A stretch of 64,000 nt of DNA from Naegleria gruberi (Eukaryota): assembly GCA_000004985.1 (NCBI GenBank), contig GG738858.1. The stretch is one strand, 5' to 3'. This document shows positions 22,401-32,077 of this stretch, piece after piece. The position numbers and the translations under genes were made by a program. A model generated the notes under the pieces. It made no database searches. It had not been told where the DNA came from and worked only from the letters and a program-made list of their open reading frames with translations. Numbering within the stretch: position 1 is the stretch's first letter; each line of letters begins with the position of its first letter.

Positions 22401-24698
22401 AACAGTTACAGAATCTTTGAGTTCCTGTACAGTCATCCAAGTTGGAATGAAAGGGTTAGGGTTTTCTTCTTCCAATTTCTTTTTCTTATTCTTTCTGGAC
22501 TTTTCATCGTTGGAAGCAGCACCTACCACCACAATTTCACTGAAGAGTATTTCCATCTTTGGAGAAATATCTTTTCTCAAACTTGCATAATATGCAAAAG
22601 GAAGATCAATAGTGAACAAGCATCCTATAAGTGTAACACTTTCAACTTCTTTTGGAAGTGAAGTAAAGAATTGTTTTAAAGAATTAGAGTTGAACCTTTG
22701 GCCAATTAGTGTGAAATCTTTCAAAGATTCGGACAAGTATGAATTCTCGAATAACTTTTTAAAGTTATCAACATTGACTTGATTTAAAACCAGTTTGGTT
22801 ACATCTTTCTTTTCAACTTTAAGGTTATCCAACTTTGACTTTCTCTTATTTGGATCATTTTCTTTTGAAACGAGTTGTCTACGGACTGAAATAACATCCA
22901 CATCTTCAATATAATCTTCTCTCATACTATAAAATCTGTTAATGGCACCTTTAGCATTACTGACACCTGAAACTTTTTTCAAATAAAGAGTATCTAATTG
23001 CAAGTATGCAACTTGACAAATTTCTGAAAATCTCTTGGAAACTTGACAGAAAGATCCATAATCTGGGAAAGAAGGAAGAAAATGTAAAATGTAATAAATA
23101 ATTCTATCTGGGAGAGGTTTCAAAATATCAATTCTTGATGAAGGAACTGATGGTTTAGCAATTGGCTTTTCCTTTGTTTGAGGGGTTTTTGTTTGAGCAG
23201 TTTTAGGAGTTTTAGGGGTTTTAGCTTGGGGAGTTGGTTTTTCTTTTTTGGATGTGTTGGATTTCTTACTTGGTGTTGTGCTAGCACTTGGAGTTGAGCT
23301 ATCTCTTCTCTTCTTTGCATATCCCGATTGTTCGAAAACTATTTCTCTTAGATTGTTATTAACTGGTGGGAATTGTACGTTTTGGAATTGAATTTGTTGA
23401 CCCATGCCACGATTCATAGAATTGTTCATATTCATGCTCATGTTGTTCATACTATTCATATTATTCATGTTGTATGAGCCAAACATGTTTTGGTTATTTA
23501 AATTATTTGGTTGGTTGAATTTGCTCATATTGTTATTAGAAATATTCATGGAAGGGATTTGTTGGTTGACAAAATTTTGGTTGGTAAATTGGTTCTGTCT
23601 ATTATAGGAATTTGGGCTTAATACAGGATTTTCCATAGACTTCCAGCTATTATTCATAGGTGGTGAGTTTGGAATGTTATTCGAAATGTTAATATTGTTC
23701 ATTGGGTTAATATTGTTTGTTGGAATTAATCCATTATTGAACATGGTGTTGACATTACTATTGTTATTATAGATATTATTGTTCATATCAATTGAACTGT
23801 TCATGTTACTTCCATTAGATGCCAATAGCATATTAAACAATTCTATATTGGTAGTTTGCTGTTGGTTATTCAACAAGTTGTTTACGAGACCTGAGTTTGC
23901 ATTGTTGACAACATTCAATTGTGGATTTTGATTCATGGAGAGAACACTTGATGGGTTTTGTGTTTGATAATTATTGGAAGATTGATTAAAATTCATCCAT
24001 TGATTACTTTGTTGATCAACTACACCGACATTATTATTCAATTGACTTGTGAAATTTTGATTAGCTGTATTCATGGATGGAATAGAAATTTGATGACTTG
24101 TTTGTTGATTGAAATTAACAGTAGTTGGATTCAACAATTGACTAATCCCACCTAATGTTGTTTGTGATACATTATTATTCAATGCATTAATGTTCGAATT
24201 GATACTATTATGCAACAATCCTTGAATTGATGATGGAGAAGGAAGTAAAGGAGCATTTTGATTGTTACTACTCATTGTTGGAGAAGACATGCTCGAAAGG
24301 ACAGATTTTGTTGTTGAAAGCATAAATTGGGAAATATTATCCCCTACTTGATTGTTATTATTACCAATTGTTGTTGGAATGTTACTCAATGTTGAGGCTG
24401 TTGCTGATGATGGAATGTTGGGTATATTAAAGGCAGAAAGATTAGCAGCACCGCCATTAACGTTCATTGTTGTTGATGAAGATGAATTGGTTGGAATGGT
24501 TACTAGGCTATTATTACTAGTTGAACCATTAACGACTTGTAAGTTTGTTGTTGGGTTGAGAGCAACATTGGAAGTCATTGCAGCGCCACCAACACTTCCA
24601 TCAGGTACCACCGTTCCGTTATTATTATTGTTGTTGAAGACATTATTGTTATTGGTGGGAGAGTGTTGAGGTGGTGAGGACATTGGTTGGTTGAACAT
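19479..24698 (-). CDS. giant F-box-like + ankyrin-repeat protein (1739 aa) with about 450 aa of N/Q/S-rich low-complexity N-terminus and an acidic Ser/Asp/Glu C-terminal tail
   Basis: F-box-like segment RIIYYILHFLPSFPDYGSFCQVSKRFSEICQ. There are more than 20 ankyrin repeats, e.g. GNTPLHIACREGFTPLAKFLLKQGCDKNVTNNDGNTP. Poly-N runs are present. The ATG is at 24696-24698. Confidence 0.8.
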   Translation of the reverse strand: MFNQPMSSPPQHSPTNNNNVFNNNNNNGTVVPDGSVGGAAMTSNVALNPTTNLQVVNGSTSNNSLVTIPTNSSSSTTMNVNGGAANLSAFNIPNIPSSATASTLSNIPTTIGNNNNQVGDNISQFMLSTTKSVLSSMSSPTMSSNNQNAPLLPSPSSIQGLLHNSINSNINALNNNVSQTTLGGISQLLNPTTVNFNQQTSHQISIPSMNTANQNFTSQLNNNVGVVDQQSNQWMNFNQSSNNYQTQNPSSVLSMNQNPQLNVVNNANSGLVNNLLNNQQQTTNIELFNMLLASNGSNMNSSIDMNNNIYNNNSNVNTMFNNGLIPTNNINPMNNINISNNIPNSPPMNNSWKSMENPVLSPNSYNRQNQFTNQNFVNQQIPSMNISNNNMSKFNQPNNLNNQNMFGSYNMNNMNSMNNMSMNMNNSMNRGMGQQIQFQNVQFPPVNNNLREIVFEQSGYAKKRRDSSTPSASTTPSKKSNTSKKEKPTPQAKTPKTPKTAQTKTPQTKEKPIAKPSVPSSRIDILKPLPDRIIYYILHFLPSFPDYGSFCQVSKRFSEICQVAYLQLDTLYLKKVSGVSNAKGAINRFYSMREDYIEDVDVISVRRQLVSKENDPNKRKSKLDNLKVEKKDVTKLVLNQVNVDNFKKLFENSYLSESLKDFTLIGQRFNSNSLKQFFTSLPKEVESVTLIGCLFTIDLPFAYYASLRKDISPKMEILFSEIVVVGAASNDEKSRKNKKKKLEEENPNPFIPTWMTVQELKDSVTVDTLKKIQNLGLDLLTDSICDGISGACAACRYGDIDCVNYVLRLINAESISPSVNMIYQTLLFNRKNLLPIINKFVEIFPRNLLLSARFTTAQQKQSKSKPTTSEKLNYSFQSLLRVDQSPSELPTISKQSIEDRQLTPYLCACAFGSLEICTLISPEPVLQIDTDSNTGLHLACMNGNIQVAKYLIEKNHSLDAKNNKSQSILHSLMLCPPEKDSDDLTICLQMVLDRLAQRGNLTGILSARDLLGNTCLHYAVENRHSGGVKLLLDYYSKGDYVENYLKIANAKEMTPILLVFFNNAPRNDKTANILISLMNNNFENNFKELIIRKDEDGDVISSKTIFTEILESESSFSTSFLNQYLSVMPEKKDSILNYSPDSSSASLIYYCVSLPKDTTLLVKWLIANGANVQQLDSSGKTFLHVAIEKESIEDLDSVIDSLSLILSAEQLKQLIMTQDKEKKYTVLHQCAISDKYAKSCAKLISVGADPLALDAEKNTPLMVSISFANYDASQYLLTNESKNFVNGNNVSPIILLLRNSKDLKHFLNEKEINQADYNTSIEKLEELAMKMLESGVDIASDTILDYVDEDRPSALMLAIEGGLSMEIITKIVEHPDVFINHQTAKSLVTPLHVACEEGYSEVVTLLIQKGANILMPDNNKAIPIVYAIIHSNSEAIELILQHIDSSCKIRKEAPNAEKLLERAKFFIRDLPVECLESFMLQAVSENILVDLLNRILSLRMEQRNTSIEKDRDYKIFTDQGASVLMVASQEGKLEVFKSYLEYMSTFETFNGGEFSEISEILKLGDQSNDTLAHYACMAPDNNKSTAAVIKEKLAILEILLKYSASLDIQNDEGNTPLHIACREGFTPLAKFLLKQGCDKNVTNNDGNTPDTLADDGGHYDLLAACFDEEVPEKPAKTKTSNRNKRGTKRKSSSESDDEFVASDQDADSDEESDEDSEMSDDEAPTKTIPKRATKIKREM

Positions 24699-25086
24699 TT
24701 TTTTTCACTCGAGAAGAGGAAGATTTTAACCCAACACAAAAATCAGAGAAAGTGGAATTTATTATTGAAGATTGTGTAGGAAAATGAAATGTTTTGAACA
24801 ATGTTCATGATGGTTAGGTGAAATATTGTGAAAGAGGAAGGGTCACGGTTAGTTTGAAAATGTTGAAAGGTTTTATTTTTCTTATCAACATAAGTTTAGT
24901 CTGAAAAATGTTTGAACATGTGGTAATTACGTTGGAAACAACTCCTCTCTAGCAATTTAAAATGTGTGTGCTGATAGTGAAAACAATTAATTTGAATTCA
25001 CCTTGGCAATTATATTAACCCTTCCTAAATCTTTGTACAAACACCTCGGTAAATGGTGTAAAATTTTTCAAGTACTTTTGATTCAT

Positions 25087-25935
25087 CTAGTGACGGTCAT
25101 CATCTTCCTTGTGTTCATCGTCATAATGTTGATCATTATTGTGAATATCATCCTCATGTTTCACTGGTTTTTCTTCCCATGAATAACTTGCTCTGTTAAT
25201 TCTTGGTTTTCTTTGGTATCTTGGTGGAATGACTGTGGTCTTTTCTTGTTGTTGAGATGAATTTTCACCACGATGTTCAGCATCAGTGTTGGCTTGATGT
25301 GCTGGTTTGTTAATTAAGTCAGCAACCTTTCTTTCAAAATCCGCATCATAATCACGAGCAGAAGTCAAATCACCTGGACTGTATCTATGTTTTGGATCAT
25401 CAACTTGTGCCAAAAGCTTTCTAAGTTGATAACCATATGGTGTTTGTACTTGAGAGAAAGTATATGTATAAGTTTCCATTCTCTTGTTTCCAATATATCC
25501 AAGAGCATAGGCGAAAATACCTGCTTGAACGGCAAATGAAGCGAATGGATTCAATGTACGCCAAGGCCTAATTTTACAAATATTCTTGATGATGTAGGCA
25601 CGGAGGGGATAATAGTACATTCCCTTTCTATGACCAGCTGTAGCAACCCATGAAACAAGAGTAGCAACAGAGAGGGATTTCAAAATATTATTAGAATTAA
25701 TTGCAGCCAATCTCATTCTTGCAACATTGTCTTCGGGTTGTAATTCATACATGTTATCACTTTGCCATTGATACATATATCGTCCAATTTTTGCTACTTT
25801 TTCAACAGATGTACTTCCTTCCACCTTAATAGAATTTGGATCCTTTAGAAATACAAATGGTTCTTTTCCTTTGGATTGAACCAGGGGATTTGTTGGTTGT
25901 CCTCTAGCTTGTTGTTGTTGTTGATAGGAAGACAT
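25087..25935 (-). CDS. hypothetical membrane protein with two hydrophobic segments; weak resemblance to the OCIA domain
   Basis: 282 aa with a poly-Q N-terminus. LSVATLVSWVATAGH and FASFAVQAGIFAYALGYIGNKRMETYTY loosely parallel OCIAD1 helices (IMGYFAGKLSYVKTC). The C-terminal tail is H/D/E-rich. Confidence 0.4.
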   Translation of the reverse strand: MSSYQQQQQARGQPTNPLVQSKGKEPFVFLKDPNSIKVEGSTSVEKVAKIGRYMYQWQSDNMYELQPEDNVARMRLAAINSNNILKSLSVATLVSWVATAGHRKGMYYYPLRAYIIKNICKIRPWRTLNPFASFAVQAGIFAYALGYIGNKRMETYTYTFSQVQTPYGYQLRKLLAQVDDPKHRYSPGDLTSARDYDADFERKVADLINKPAHQANTDAEHRGENSSQQQEKTTVIPPRYQRKPRINRASYSWEEKPVKHEDDIHNNDQHYDDEHKEDDDRH

Positions 25936-26003
25936 TTTTTATTTTTATCTTTTTAATCAATTTTTAATAAGCCGATGATGATAAGAACCTTCATCAAGAA
26001 GTG

Positions 26004-29000
26004 ATGGAAAACAAACTCAAAAGTTGTTCCTCCGAAGTTGAAAGCTGCAGTATGACCTCATCATTATCATCACCGTACAGTAAGCAATATATATTTCAGC
26101 ATGATCATCCTACTACATTCATTAAAAAAATGATCAATTGGTTAGGAAGCACATTGGGAAGTGCATTGGATTTGAATTTGGTTACCTCAGTTGTGAGTGA
26201 TACCTTAACAAATAACAAATCATCATCAAATTCCAATACTGCCTTGTTGGCACAATCAACGAGTGATGCTGTCTCTGATGAATTTGCTGCCTTCATCACA
26301 AAGATTGGAAAGACAAGATGTAGAGAATCGGAGAATGAAACTGTGCTATCGATGAAAGAAGCCTTAAAGGAAAAATTGGAGGATCCTCTATTAATTAATA
26401 ATCGATTGGAGATGAAGGATGTCTTATTGAGGTTAATATATTGTGAAATGTTGGGACATTCTATTGATCAATTCGGATCAATTCATTTGGTTAACTTTAT
26501 TGCATTGAATGATTTGACTTTATATGAGAAGAGGTTATCTTATTTGGCTGCTGGATTGATATTACATAGGAAACATGAAATGATTCTACTGATTATTAAT
26601 TCAATTCAGAAGGATTTGAGGAGTAAGAGATATATGATTGTACTTTCAGCATTGATTGCTGCCTCAAAATTATTGAATTATGAAACCATACCTGCTGTAT
26701 TACCATTTGTTATTCCTTTATTGAAACATCAGAGGTCAGAGGTGAGAAAGAAGGCAATCTCAACTTTGCACGCATTCTACAATATTGAGAAGGAGGAAAG
26801 TGATGATGTAGAATCTTATAATGGAACTTATTTACAATATATTGACACAATGTTAAATGATTTTGATCCAATGGTGTTATCAGCAACCATTTGTTTCCTT
26901 TCAGATTACGTTGCTGATTGTCATGTTAGATTGATTAAGGAGAAGAAAAATTCTTCCTCCACCGAAAGTCAAGGTCAAAAGACAATTGATCCAAAAGTTT
27001 TAAAATTGACATCCTATGTTGTCTCGATTTTCAATCAAATTATAGAATACAATATTGAGCAGGATTACATGTACTCAAAATTACCAGCTCCATGGTTTCA
27101 GATAAAAATCCTTCAGGTATTCACATTGTTGGGAAGACAAAACAAGAGTACCAGCCAAGAACTGTACGAGCTGATACGGACAGCTTACAAAAAAGCTGAA
27201 AGAGCAGAGAATGCAACTGGTATTGCAATCATGTTTCAGTGTGTGAAAACAGCAATCAATATCTATCCTTCACAACACATGCTGCAATTTATTTACGATT
27301 CTGTAACGAGATTCATTTGGAATAATGACATGAAAGTACCCAACATTAGATACACAGCCTTGGAAATGTTAAGAATGGTGCTGAGATATAATACTGAATT
27401 GGTGGCCCTCCACCAAGAAATGATTATCGATTCTCTGAGTAGTAATGACGAAACAATTCAAAAACTCACTTCAAGATTGCTAACACGAATGGCCAATCAA
27501 AGCAATACAAAGACAATTCTCGATCGATTAATCAAATATCTGGCCTATGTAATTTCTGTGAATGATATTTTTATGGCTGAGGAGTTGGTAGCAAATATTA
27601 GAAATATTTTTGATAGGTTCACTGATGACTACTATTGGTATGTGGAAATAGTTGTTGACTTTCTTAAAGCAGTAGGAGACGAAAAGAACACAAAAAACCA
27701 ACCCCTTATTGAGGATCAAGTTGTAAATATTATTGTAAAAAATATTTTAGATGAAACTAAACTGGATGAAGAGCTGGGACCTTTTATAATTGAGAGGTAT
27801 TACAAGTTATTATACGATCAAGTTTATACTGACTCGAAATTATTTCCTAATTGTCTCTTTACTGTAATAGTTTATGTGTTGAGAGGATTGAGCTCTTATG
27901 TAGATGACCACAAGGAAAATGAGGAAGAGCCATCCAAAGAGAATATTATTGAACTCTTCTTGAGCTTGATAAACTCATCACTATACTTTGATTCAAGATT
28001 GAAGAGTTGTATCATTAGTTCATCCATGGAAGTATATTTAAAAATCAAAAGTCCAGACGACCTTGGTGAAAGAATCACCTCTGCCCTACTACCACTGAAA
28101 AATAGTAGACATGAAGATGTATTTGAAAGAACGTATCAATTAATGTCCTTATGTGAATTTGACAATCCAAAGAGTTTGAATGATTTGGATGAATTAATTT
28201 ATTCTGAAGAAAATACAAAAGTGGATTCTTCTTTAAGCTTTTTGCAATCCTATGTTGAAAGCTTGAAGGAGGAAGGACTTCCTGTCTATTCACAAGAATT
28301 GAAGGAAGAGGTTATGGAGAAACAAAAGCTTCTCACACACAAGAGACATTCAAAGAAGAAAGATTTGATCATTGTTATTGACAAAGTGGAGCCAGTGGAA
28401 ATTAACTTTAAAGGAGATGATCTTGATACTCGTATCAGGAATAGTAAAAAGGTATGGTCTCAAGAGGACTGTTTGGAAGAAACACCAAATAGAGTGGAAG
28501 AAGAATCAGAGACCATTAAGGCTATGAAAGCTAAAATTAAGAAGAAGAGATTGCAGAAGGAAATGGAAGAAAAGCAAAAGGAAGAGGAGGAAAAGAAAAA
28601 CCTAACAGAAGAGGAGAAAACCGGGGAAGAAGAGTCCATGAGTGATGGGAATAATTCTGAAACAACTAAAGAGGATGAAAAAGAAGAGGTTAAAACCACA
28701 GAACCAGAGAAGGTAGCAAAAGAAAAGACAATAGAAAAAGTACAAACACCCCAAACGCCACAATTTATTCCAATACCATTTCCTTATCCCTCTTATGATC
28801 CAGCTCAAATGGCTTCATTTTATCAATACCCTCAAGCATTCCAAATGCCATATGGTCAGCAGATTCCTGGCCAGCCATTACAATATGTTTATGTGCCACC
28901 AACAAACAGTCAATTGATGCAAATGATGCAAATGCCACATCAACCATTTCCATTCATGCCAGTTAATCAAATTAATCAAGGATCAGGAAGCCCACAATTT

Positions 29001-29297
29001 GGATACCCTGTCAGTCAACAAGTGCCAGGTCACGTTTTTCAACCAATACGACCTGCCACACCAAATAATCCAACTATCCAGCCAGTTTTTCCAAATCAAG
29101 TTGTACAACAAACACATCCTATTCAACAAACAGAAGCAATTACAGAAGTACCAAAAGCTGTAGAGGAAGTTAAAGAAAGCATTGAGGATGTTGAACAACA
29201 GGTTCAAAAAGAAGAGGAAGAGCAAGATGTATCTCCAACAACAGAAAGCAATGAAGAAAACCAAGATTCAGAGTTAATTATTAATATGACATGCTAA
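26004..29297 (+). CDS. ap4e1: AP-4 adaptor complex subunit epsilon (adaptin N-terminal trunk plus long P/Q-rich C-terminal tail)
   Basis: RLIYCEMLGHS, ETIPAVLPFVIPLLKHQRSEVRKKAISTLHAFYNI and YSKLPAPWFQIKILQVFTLLG align with human AP4E1 (RLIYCEMLGYD, EMIPAVLPLIEDKLQHSKEIVRRKAVLALYKF, YHSVPAPWLQIQLLRILGLLG). They fit AP4E1 better than AP-3 delta. The track start at 26001 is GTG; the first ATG is at 26004. Confidence 0.85.
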   Translation: MENKLKSCSSEVESCSMTSSLSSPYSKQYIFQHDHPTTFIKKMINWLGSTLGSALDLNLVTSVVSDTLTNNKSSSNSNTALLAQSTSDAVSDEFAAFITKIGKTRCRESENETVLSMKEALKEKLEDPLLINNRLEMKDVLLRLIYCEMLGHSIDQFGSIHLVNFIALNDLTLYEKRLSYLAAGLILHRKHEMILLIINSIQKDLRSKRYMIVLSALIAASKLLNYETIPAVLPFVIPLLKHQRSEVRKKAISTLHAFYNIEKEESDDVESYNGTYLQYIDTMLNDFDPMVLSATICFLSDYVADCHVRLIKEKKNSSSTESQGQKTIDPKVLKLTSYVVSIFNQIIEYNIEQDYMYSKLPAPWFQIKILQVFTLLGRQNKSTSQELYELIRTAYKKAERAENATGIAIMFQCVKTAINIYPSQHMLQFIYDSVTRFIWNNDMKVPNIRYTALEMLRMVLRYNTELVALHQEMIIDSLSSNDETIQKLTSRLLTRMANQSNTKTILDRLIKYLAYVISVNDIFMAEELVANIRNIFDRFTDDYYWYVEIVVDFLKAVGDEKNTKNQPLIEDQVVNIIVKNILDETKLDEELGPFIIERYYKLLYDQVYTDSKLFPNCLFTVIVYVLRGLSSYVDDHKENEEEPSKENIIELFLSLINSSLYFDSRLKSCIISSSMEVYLKIKSPDDLGERITSALLPLKNSRHEDVFERTYQLMSLCEFDNPKSLNDLDELIYSEENTKVDSSLSFLQSYVESLKEEGLPVYSQELKEEVMEKQKLLTHKRHSKKKDLIIVIDKVEPVEINFKGDDLDTRIRNSKKVWSQEDCLEETPNRVEEESETIKAMKAKIKKKRLQKEMEEKQKEEEEKKNLTEEEKTGEEESMSDGNNSETTKEDEKEEVKTTEPEKVAKEKTIEKVQTPQTPQFIPIPFPYPSYDPAQMASFYQYPQAFQMPYGQQIPGQPLQYVYVPPTNSQLMQMMQMPHQPFPFMPVNQINQGSGSPQFGYPVSQQVPGHVFQPIRPATPNNPTIQPVFPNQVVQQTHPIQQTEAITEVPKAVEEVKESIEDVEQQVQKEEEEQDVSPTTESNEENQDSELIINMTC

Positions 29298-30836
29298 TTG
29301 ACCAAAACAATATCTGATCTGAGATAAAATTTCATAATAGATTGTACCATATCAAACAAGTTGATCAGAGAAATGGTATCTGTTGGATTAGAAAGGTGTA
29401 AATATTGAGGATCTACATAATCACCTTCCTTAACATTATCCGTAATTTTACAACAGGTATTCTTATCATAACCAGATGAAGAAATACCAAACCAAATAAT
29501 ATCTCGTAAGCAACAATTCAATTCTGAGTGGTATGGTTGAGTTTCAATATTTTCAACATCTCTCAAACAATAAACTAGTGTATGGAGCTTGCTTTTTTGA
29601 TATCCTCCACTATTTAGTGAATTAATAAGGAAAACCAGACATTCAAAATACTTTTCCTCTAATAGTTCAACTTTGGAGCAATTCGAATTCAAGATACAAG
29701 TAATAACCGGTGATTTTTCCCCACTATGATTCGAAATAGCTACATATTTAACCATTCCATCATGATGAATAGCTTCCTCATAATCTAATCCAATTATTGA
29801 CTCTAAATCAACTTTAGAAATGAAATCATCAATTAACATTTCCTCTAAAATTAAAATTGGTATTGGTGTGATACCGCAAATATCTGATATTTTGTTTAGG
29901 TTACTATCGTCAATTTGGGAAATAAATATTATTCCATTATTACTCATTTCAATAGCTAAATTTTCTTCTACTTCTCCATTGCAAAATATAATGTCAATCT
30001 CATTTTGTTTTAAAATTGAAATAATGGAAGAATCCTTCACATTTCCTTCAATTAAAATACATTTGCCAGATCTTCCACTGAGAGGTAAATTATTTTTCTT
30101 CATATTAACTACTAATCCATCAACAATTCTACTCTTTGTACATCCCATCACTTTAATACAATTAATTATTCCAGTACTTATCAACATTGACACTGAATTA
30201 ATTTCCGAATTAATTTTCAATTTCATCAATGTTTCCACAGCCAATTCCATCATCTCATTTTCATTTGATGCTTTCAAGATCATTTTCAAAAATTGCTCCT
30301 TCTCCTCAAATTTACTCTCGCTCACAATAATTCTCATTCTGCAAGTATCACAAAATTTCTCAATAGATGTTAATAAATCCTCTCCTGAATATCCAATTTC
30401 CATCAATCTCGAACATTGTTTTGCCATCAATCCAATTAAACTAACCACTTCTGCAGATGACTATTAAAAATTCAATCAACACTTCTCATCTCAAACCTAC
30501 AGTAATTGTATATTTATCCTTATTATCATTCAGCAATAATTCCCTCATCATTAACAAGAACACATGCCTCATTGAAACATTCGCCAAAAACTTCTCCACT
30601 CTACAACAAACAGTCGTCTGTACATTTTCAGAAACTCCTCCTTGGTCCCTCCTCCAACAATATCGATCCGTGATGAATTTTGTATTTTGTATTACGCCGT
30701 GTTCTTCCATCGTTAAAAAGGAACTCAAACTTGATACGCACAAATAATGAACAATTTGCAAGCCTTCCCTGATCAATTCTTCTTGTTTCCGCGAGGTTTT
30801 ATTTGTATTGAAGTTGGTCATTGTATGTTGCGCCAT
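29294..30836 (-). CDS. divergent group-II chaperonin (TCP-1/CCT)-like protein, possibly MKKS/BBS-type. Two exons proposed: 30836-30497 and 30450-29294, intron about 46 nt
   Basis: The apical-domain-like segment is KCILIEGNVKD...IDIIFCNGEVEENLAIEMSNNGIIFISQIDDSNLNKISDICGITPI. The intermediate/equatorial-like segment PVITCILNSNCSKVELLEEKYFECLVFL parallels CCT tiLLRG...E.eRsl.DAl. The upstream ORF 30486-30836 has an A-run ATG and joins in frame via GTTTGA...TCTGCAG. The GP.G.DK ATP-binding motif was not found, so the protein is either divergent or the call is wrong. Confidence 0.35.
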
Positions 30837-30884
30837 TTTTTTTTTAAAGTTTACAAAACAAATTTGTAAAATACTGAATTAAGA

Positions 30885-31748
30885 TTACCAAGTATTTCCA
30901 GAATTTTTTGGAATATCGCCAGTTAATCGATGCTTTCCAATAACTCCAAAATATTCTTCCAATAACCATAATGAAGTTGAATAAAATCGTTTAACTTGCT
31001 CATGACCTAAACAATATCTTGCAAATGAGGCAACATTTGTACAACCATCTGGAATTTTAAAGAATAAAGCAAACGAAATATCTTCTTTGAAGAATCTATT
31101 CGAAATTAGTTGTAAAATTTCCATAGTGTATGATGTATGCACGCCCAAATACAAAGTATCAATTCGTTCCATAATTAAAGATTCATATTCTGAGGGTTCG
31201 TACAGTTTCGAATGACATAGAATTGGAATAATGTTAGTTCTCTTTTGAGCTAACTTGACACAAGTTTCATAATGTTCCACACATCTAAACAATGCATAAA
31301 CCTTTCCACTACTTTCCACAATTTCAGAACAATACGAAACTTCAACAGGTAACACCTCCACACACATTATCCTAAACCCCTTTCTCACCACAAACGCTTC
31401 ATAATCTAAAAAGTTTGGAAGCTGTGAACGATTCCAATCCCAAATTCTATATTTCACTCCCTTAACAACACAACACTCATCTCCGAATAATAAGTCCGCA
31501 TCTTCTTCCTCAAAAGAATTTACAATCGAGGCGAAAAAATCATCTTGTTCATCATCATTTGCAATTTGCTTTGTACAAGATGTCAATTTAAATAAACGAT
31601 CGGAAATGCTGGAAACTGATTCCACTGTAAATTCTTGTTCATCTTCAAATTTTTGTGAATTTTCCAGATTTGTTTCCAGTAGATTAGGTATTTTATGATT
31701 CGTGATTTCTTCTGGATTTGAAATGGCTGCTGCTGGAGAAGTGATCAT
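30885..31748 (-). CDS. hypothetical protein, 287 aa, no family recognised
   Basis: Long ORF with an ATG at 31746-31748. It sits in a compact gene arrangement. Confidence 0.45.
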   Translation of the reverse strand: MITSPAAAISNPEEITNHKIPNLLETNLENSQKFEDEQEFTVESVSSISDRLFKLTSCTKQIANDDEQDDFFASIVNSFEEEDADLLFGDECCVVKGVKYRIWDWNRSQLPNFLDYEAFVVRKGFRIMCVEVLPVEVSYCSEIVESSGKVYALFRCVEHYETCVKLAQKRTNIIPILCHSKLYEPSEYESLIMERIDTLYLGVHTSYTMEILQLISNRFFKEDISFALFFKIPDGCTNVASFARYCLGHEQVKRFYSTSLWLLEEYFGVIGKHRLTGDIPKNSGNTW

Positions 31749-32077
31749 TTTTTTTGGAGAGTGAAAATTATATTATGAATTGGAATGTTCAAAATATAAT
31801 GAATTTAATTTGTCAACCCAACAACAACTTTACAAAGTTCCATAATAGGATTGCAACATTTTTGTCCATAGTGAACTTTAATTTCCAAAGTTCAAGGCAA
31901 TTTTTACAAATTCCAATGCTGGAATGAACAAAAATTTAAACCTATCCGAATAGTAACCAAGGTACATTACTTCCGAATCGGAATGTTTTTGTAAAGTTCA
32001 CTTGCCCGGAATGGATTTATCCTGCTTCAATGTTGAGTTGACCATAAACTTGTTGATCACAAATACATTAAAAAAAA

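Noticed and set aside
24352-24669. ORFs inside large genes on the opposite strand or in other frames (e.g. 24352-24669, 23404-23607, 22380-22661, 9992-10279, 12210-12656, 28460-29264, 35705-36092, 41218-41418, 56534-57273, 32173-32944)
   Set aside because: They overlap well-supported conserved CDSs and have biased low-complexity composition with no motifs.
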